Assembly (NCBI GenBank): GCA_044326545.1
Contig: JBIRBM010000005.1
Location: forward strand, 13,457-77,456
Length of the DNA: 64,000 bases
Direction of reading: 5' to 3'
From: Parachlamydiaceae bacterium
GTDB taxonomy: Bacteria > Chlamydiota > Chlamydiia > Chlamydiales > Parachlamydiaceae
Positions 61,762-64,000 of the stretch are shown here, in pieces (positions within the stretch are counted from its first letter, which is position 1; each line of letters opens with the position of its first letter). The translations under genes were made by a program, and so were the position numbers. The notes below the pieces were generated by a model. That model was not told where the DNA came from. It did no database searches and saw only the letters and a program-made list of their open reading frames with translations.

Positions 61762-62338
61762 AAAACTCAATGGAGTCTAAAAAACGGGCATAAACATCGT
61801 GATCAAATTCGGTGTCCGACGCTATGTAAAAAGCTGTATATAGGGTTTTATCAGTCATTTGAGCGATGCCCTCCAATCTTTTCAAGGTGTGCTGATCGAA
61901 GAAGGTAAATTGAAAGGAACCGGTATCTTTTTCTTCTTGGGATTGAGTGAATTGAAAATCATAGGTTTGATGATTTTTGAATATCGAGGGATTAAAAAAG
62001 AAATAAGGAGCTAAAATGGTTTCAAAAAAGACTCTGAGAGACTCTTTTTGTAATCCCGATTGGTGAAAGGTCGCAGAGGTAAAACAGCTCAAAGCGAAAA
62101 GTCCATTTGATGTTGGGGTAGAATAAAGACGTAACTGCCCTTTGGGAGGAGTGTTTTGAAATGGGGTGTCGATATTCATCTCAATAGGGTGGTGCGGAAG
62201 CTTCGCTCGCAGGCCGCTTTCCCGATCTACGAAGCTGACCCACTCAAATGAAAGAGGGGAGTGTGAATGATTGGCCATAAGACCTTTATTGAAAAAAAAT
62301 GATAGCCCTAATATAAGAATTCCTGAATACGTTTTCAT
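61748..62338 (-). CDS. Secreted hypothetical protein
   Basis: Signal-peptide-like MKTYSGILILGLSFFFNKGLMA. No family recognised. The last codons and stop lie in a family B repeat arm. Confidence 0.5.
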   Translation of the reverse strand: MKTYSGILILGLSFFFNKGLMANHSHSPLSFEWVSFVDRESGLRAKLPHHPIEMNIDTPFQNTPPKGQLRLYSTPTSNGLFALSCFTSATFHQSGLQKESLRVFFETILAPYFFFNPSIFKNHQTYDFQFTQSQEEKDTGSFQFTFFDQHTLKRLEGIAQMTDKTLYTAFYIASDTEFDHDVYARFLDSIEFSERF

Positions 62339-62363
62339 CCTACCCTCTATTTGATTAAAAGAT

Positions 62364-62440
62364 CACTCGAATTTTTGAGTGCGATTTGGGCTGAGCCCAA
62401 ATCGCACTGCCGGTGCTTAAGGTCTGTTTGTAAGGTGAGT
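62364..62440. repeat. Family A repeat (A12)
   Basis: CACTCGAATTTTTGAGTGCGATTTGGGCTGAGCCCAAATCGCACTGCCGGTGCTTAAGG...TAAGGTGAGT. Confidence 0.7.
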
Positions 62441-62573
62441 TCCTTAACAAACTCTTTACAAACGAGTTTAATTTGAATGATTTTGAAAGTAAACTAAAAT
62501 CATTTTTTTATTTGTTAAACTATTTTTTTAATTTTAATTATTCGAATTGGAAAACGAATGTTTTAACCGTCAG

Positions 62574-62617
62574 AGATTTGGCTTCAGCCCAAATCGCTCT
62601 CTTGGTGGGTAAAGTGA
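62574..62617. repeat. Family A repeat (A13)
   Basis: GATTTGGCTTCAGCCCAAATCGCTCTCTTGGTGGGTAAAGTGAG. Confidence 0.6.
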
Positions 62618-62774
62618 GGATAAAGAGAGTTGTAAAAGAGCCATCGTATGGCCAACAATTCCCCCTTTATAGGCGAAGAATTTCTAAAAATTCACTGATT
62701 TAAACAAGTTCTATTGCGCTTTTCAAATCGATTGTTTATTGTTTTGCTTCTACGAAAAAATGCTGATTTGCAAA

Positions 62775-63719
62775 ATGAACCCACCCATTTTCCCAAGCAA
62801 AACCAATCATCTAAGATGTCTATTATTTTGTGCGCTGTTGGTCTTTCTATCTGGCTGTGAGACAAAATTTGATTTACCGGACAATCCACCTCCCATTCCT
62901 GAATGCTTGCCTCCTCATCAAATACGTCTGGCTTTGGTTCTTGGGGGAGGGGGAGCTAAAGGAATGTCTCATGTTGGTGTTTTGGCTGAATTTGAAAATG
63001 CTGGGATTCCAATTGATTATATTGTAGGGTGCAGTGCAGGGAGCATTGTTGGCGTTTTATATGCAGATTGCCCTAATGCTCAATATATTAAACAACTTTT
63101 AAGACCTCTTAGAACATGGGACATTTTAGATATTAATATTTGGTATGGCCGCTATGGATTAGTGAGAGGGGGGGCTCTTAGGCGTTTTTTAAAATCCCAT
63201 CTATGGTCTCGCTCCTTCGAAGAGCTTCAAATCCCTTGTTGTGTTGTGGCAACAGATGTGATTGCCGGCGAAATGGTCTGCCTTAATTCGGGGCCCATTA
63301 TTCCTGCTGTCCACGCCTCTTCAGCAGTTCCCTTTGTTTTTTCACCCGTTTATCTTCATCAACGTTGGTTGGTAGATGGAGGGGTTTCTGATCCCGTTCC
63401 TGTCAGGTGTGCAAAAAAGGCTGGTGCTGCGGTGATCGTTGCCGTAGACCTGAGTGGATTATTACCTAAGACATGCCCAACAAATTTATTTGGAGTTGCC
63501 ACACGATCAGCAGAAATTAAATTTCTTCTGCAAAGCGAAAGCTGCCTTCATGGAGCCGATGTGATCATTAAGCCGGAATTAGGGGATATGGGTCTTTTTG
63601 ATGATCGCAATCCGCAAAATGTATATGAAGCTGGAAGTAAAGCTGCTAAGGAGGCGATTCCTCAAATTATAGAAATTTTGTCACAAAAAGGGATTACTTT
63701 CTGCAAAACTTTAGAATAA
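62775..63719 (+). CDS. Patatin-like phospholipase, probable lipoprotein
   Basis: GGGGAKG oxyanion loop, GCSAGS (GxSxG serine), VDGGVSD (catalytic Asp). N-terminal LLVFLSGC lipobox-like sequence. ATG 62775 chosen; earlier starts are possible. Confidence 0.8.
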   Translation: MNPPIFPSKTNHLRCLLFCALLVFLSGCETKFDLPDNPPPIPECLPPHQIRLALVLGGGGAKGMSHVGVLAEFENAGIPIDYIVGCSAGSIVGVLYADCPNAQYIKQLLRPLRTWDILDINIWYGRYGLVRGGALRRFLKSHLWSRSFEELQIPCCVVATDVIAGEMVCLNSGPIIPAVHASSAVPFVFSPVYLHQRWLVDGGVSDPVPVRCAKKAGAAVIVAVDLSGLLPKTCPTNLFGVATRSAEIKFLLQSESCLHGADVIIKPELGDMGLFDDRNPQNVYEAGSKAAKEAIPQIIEILSQKGITFCKTLE

Positions 63720-63819
63720 AATTTGTTTATTAATAATTAATTTTTATTTAAAATTGCTTTTTATGATTTAAAAAATCAATTTCTTTATTCATTTTTTTGT
63801 TTGAAGTTTTGGAGATCAG

Positions 63820-64000
63820 ATGGAGTGTTCAGATAGACAATTTATTCAACCCAATCGTTTCATTTTTCGTGATCTTCCATCCCCATCCTCTCCTGTTCCT
63901 ATTGCTGAGTTAGTGGATGATGTTCAATCCGATAAATGCGTTAAGGTTGATCGTTGTTCCTCTGTGATTCAATTAAATGACTTAGGACCTCTCTTCATGT
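63820..64000 (+). CDS. Start of an uncharacterised ORF running off the window
   Basis: ATG 63820 is preceded by GGAGA (63811-63815), and the frame is open to the window end (MECSDRQFIQPNRFIFRDLPSPSSPVP...). Too short to classify. Confidence 0.25.
   Translation, partial: MECSDRQFIQPNRFIFRDLPSPSSPVPIAELVDDVQSDKCVKVDRCSSVIQLNDLGPLFM

Noticed and set aside
2829-62617. Whether the recurring about 30-bp motifs could be a CRISPR array.
   Set aside because: Copies are dispersed singly between genes across the whole window. They are themselves palindromic and of variable length, and are not separated by uniform unique spacers. No cas genes are present.
1-64000. A prophage, integrative element or classical defence island (restriction-modification, toxin-antitoxin, Cas, retron, abortive infection).
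   Set aside because: I recognised no integrase, transposase, phage structural gene, methyltransferase, reverse transcriptase or typical toxin-antitoxin pair. The accessory content consists of effector-like genes and non-autonomous repeats.

Overview
This 64-kb window looks like chromosome from an obligate intracellular, Chlamydiae-like bacterium, most likely an environmental or amoeba-associated lineage (inference). The supporting gene set is a TLC-type nucleotide transporter, a plant-type soluble glycerol-3-phosphate acyltransferase, pgm plus an alpha-glucan phosphorylase, lpxB with a separate LAB_N membrane protein, proteins with Inc-like bilobed hydrophobic domains, and a DUF4116 repeat protein. 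The sequence is A+T-rich by eye; nothing was computed.

I call about 57 protein-coding genes, mostly housekeeping. They include tgt-yhhQ, galE, prfB with its programmed +1 frameshift, yebC-pabB-X-pabC, proS, yceD-rpmF-plsX, rng, an lpxB cluster, pcnB, glmM-glmS, ftsY and sucCD. I saw no rRNA, tRNA, CRISPR array, transposase, integrase or recognisable defence system.

Two things stand out:
- The intergenic space is saturated with at least six families of palindromic, MITE/REP-like repeats that are modular and mosaic. One is nested inside another with an apparent target-site duplication. Several contribute stop codons or C-terminal codons to genes. One family brackets a secreted nuclease gene as 98-bp direct repeats.
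- An accessory stretch (about 47.5-55.1 kb) carries effector-like or novel genes: a eukaryotic type II PI4-kinase-like protein, a secreted SNase-like nuclease, and two paralogous secreted Gly/His/Tyr-rich low-complexity proteins that share a C-terminal motif.

Other candidates are listed in the findings: an orphan receiver-domain protein, a hairpin membrane protein embedded in the pab operon, and a degraded copy of the N terminus of a large IPT/beta-propeller/PKD protein. All family assignments come from motifs read by eye. No database search was run.
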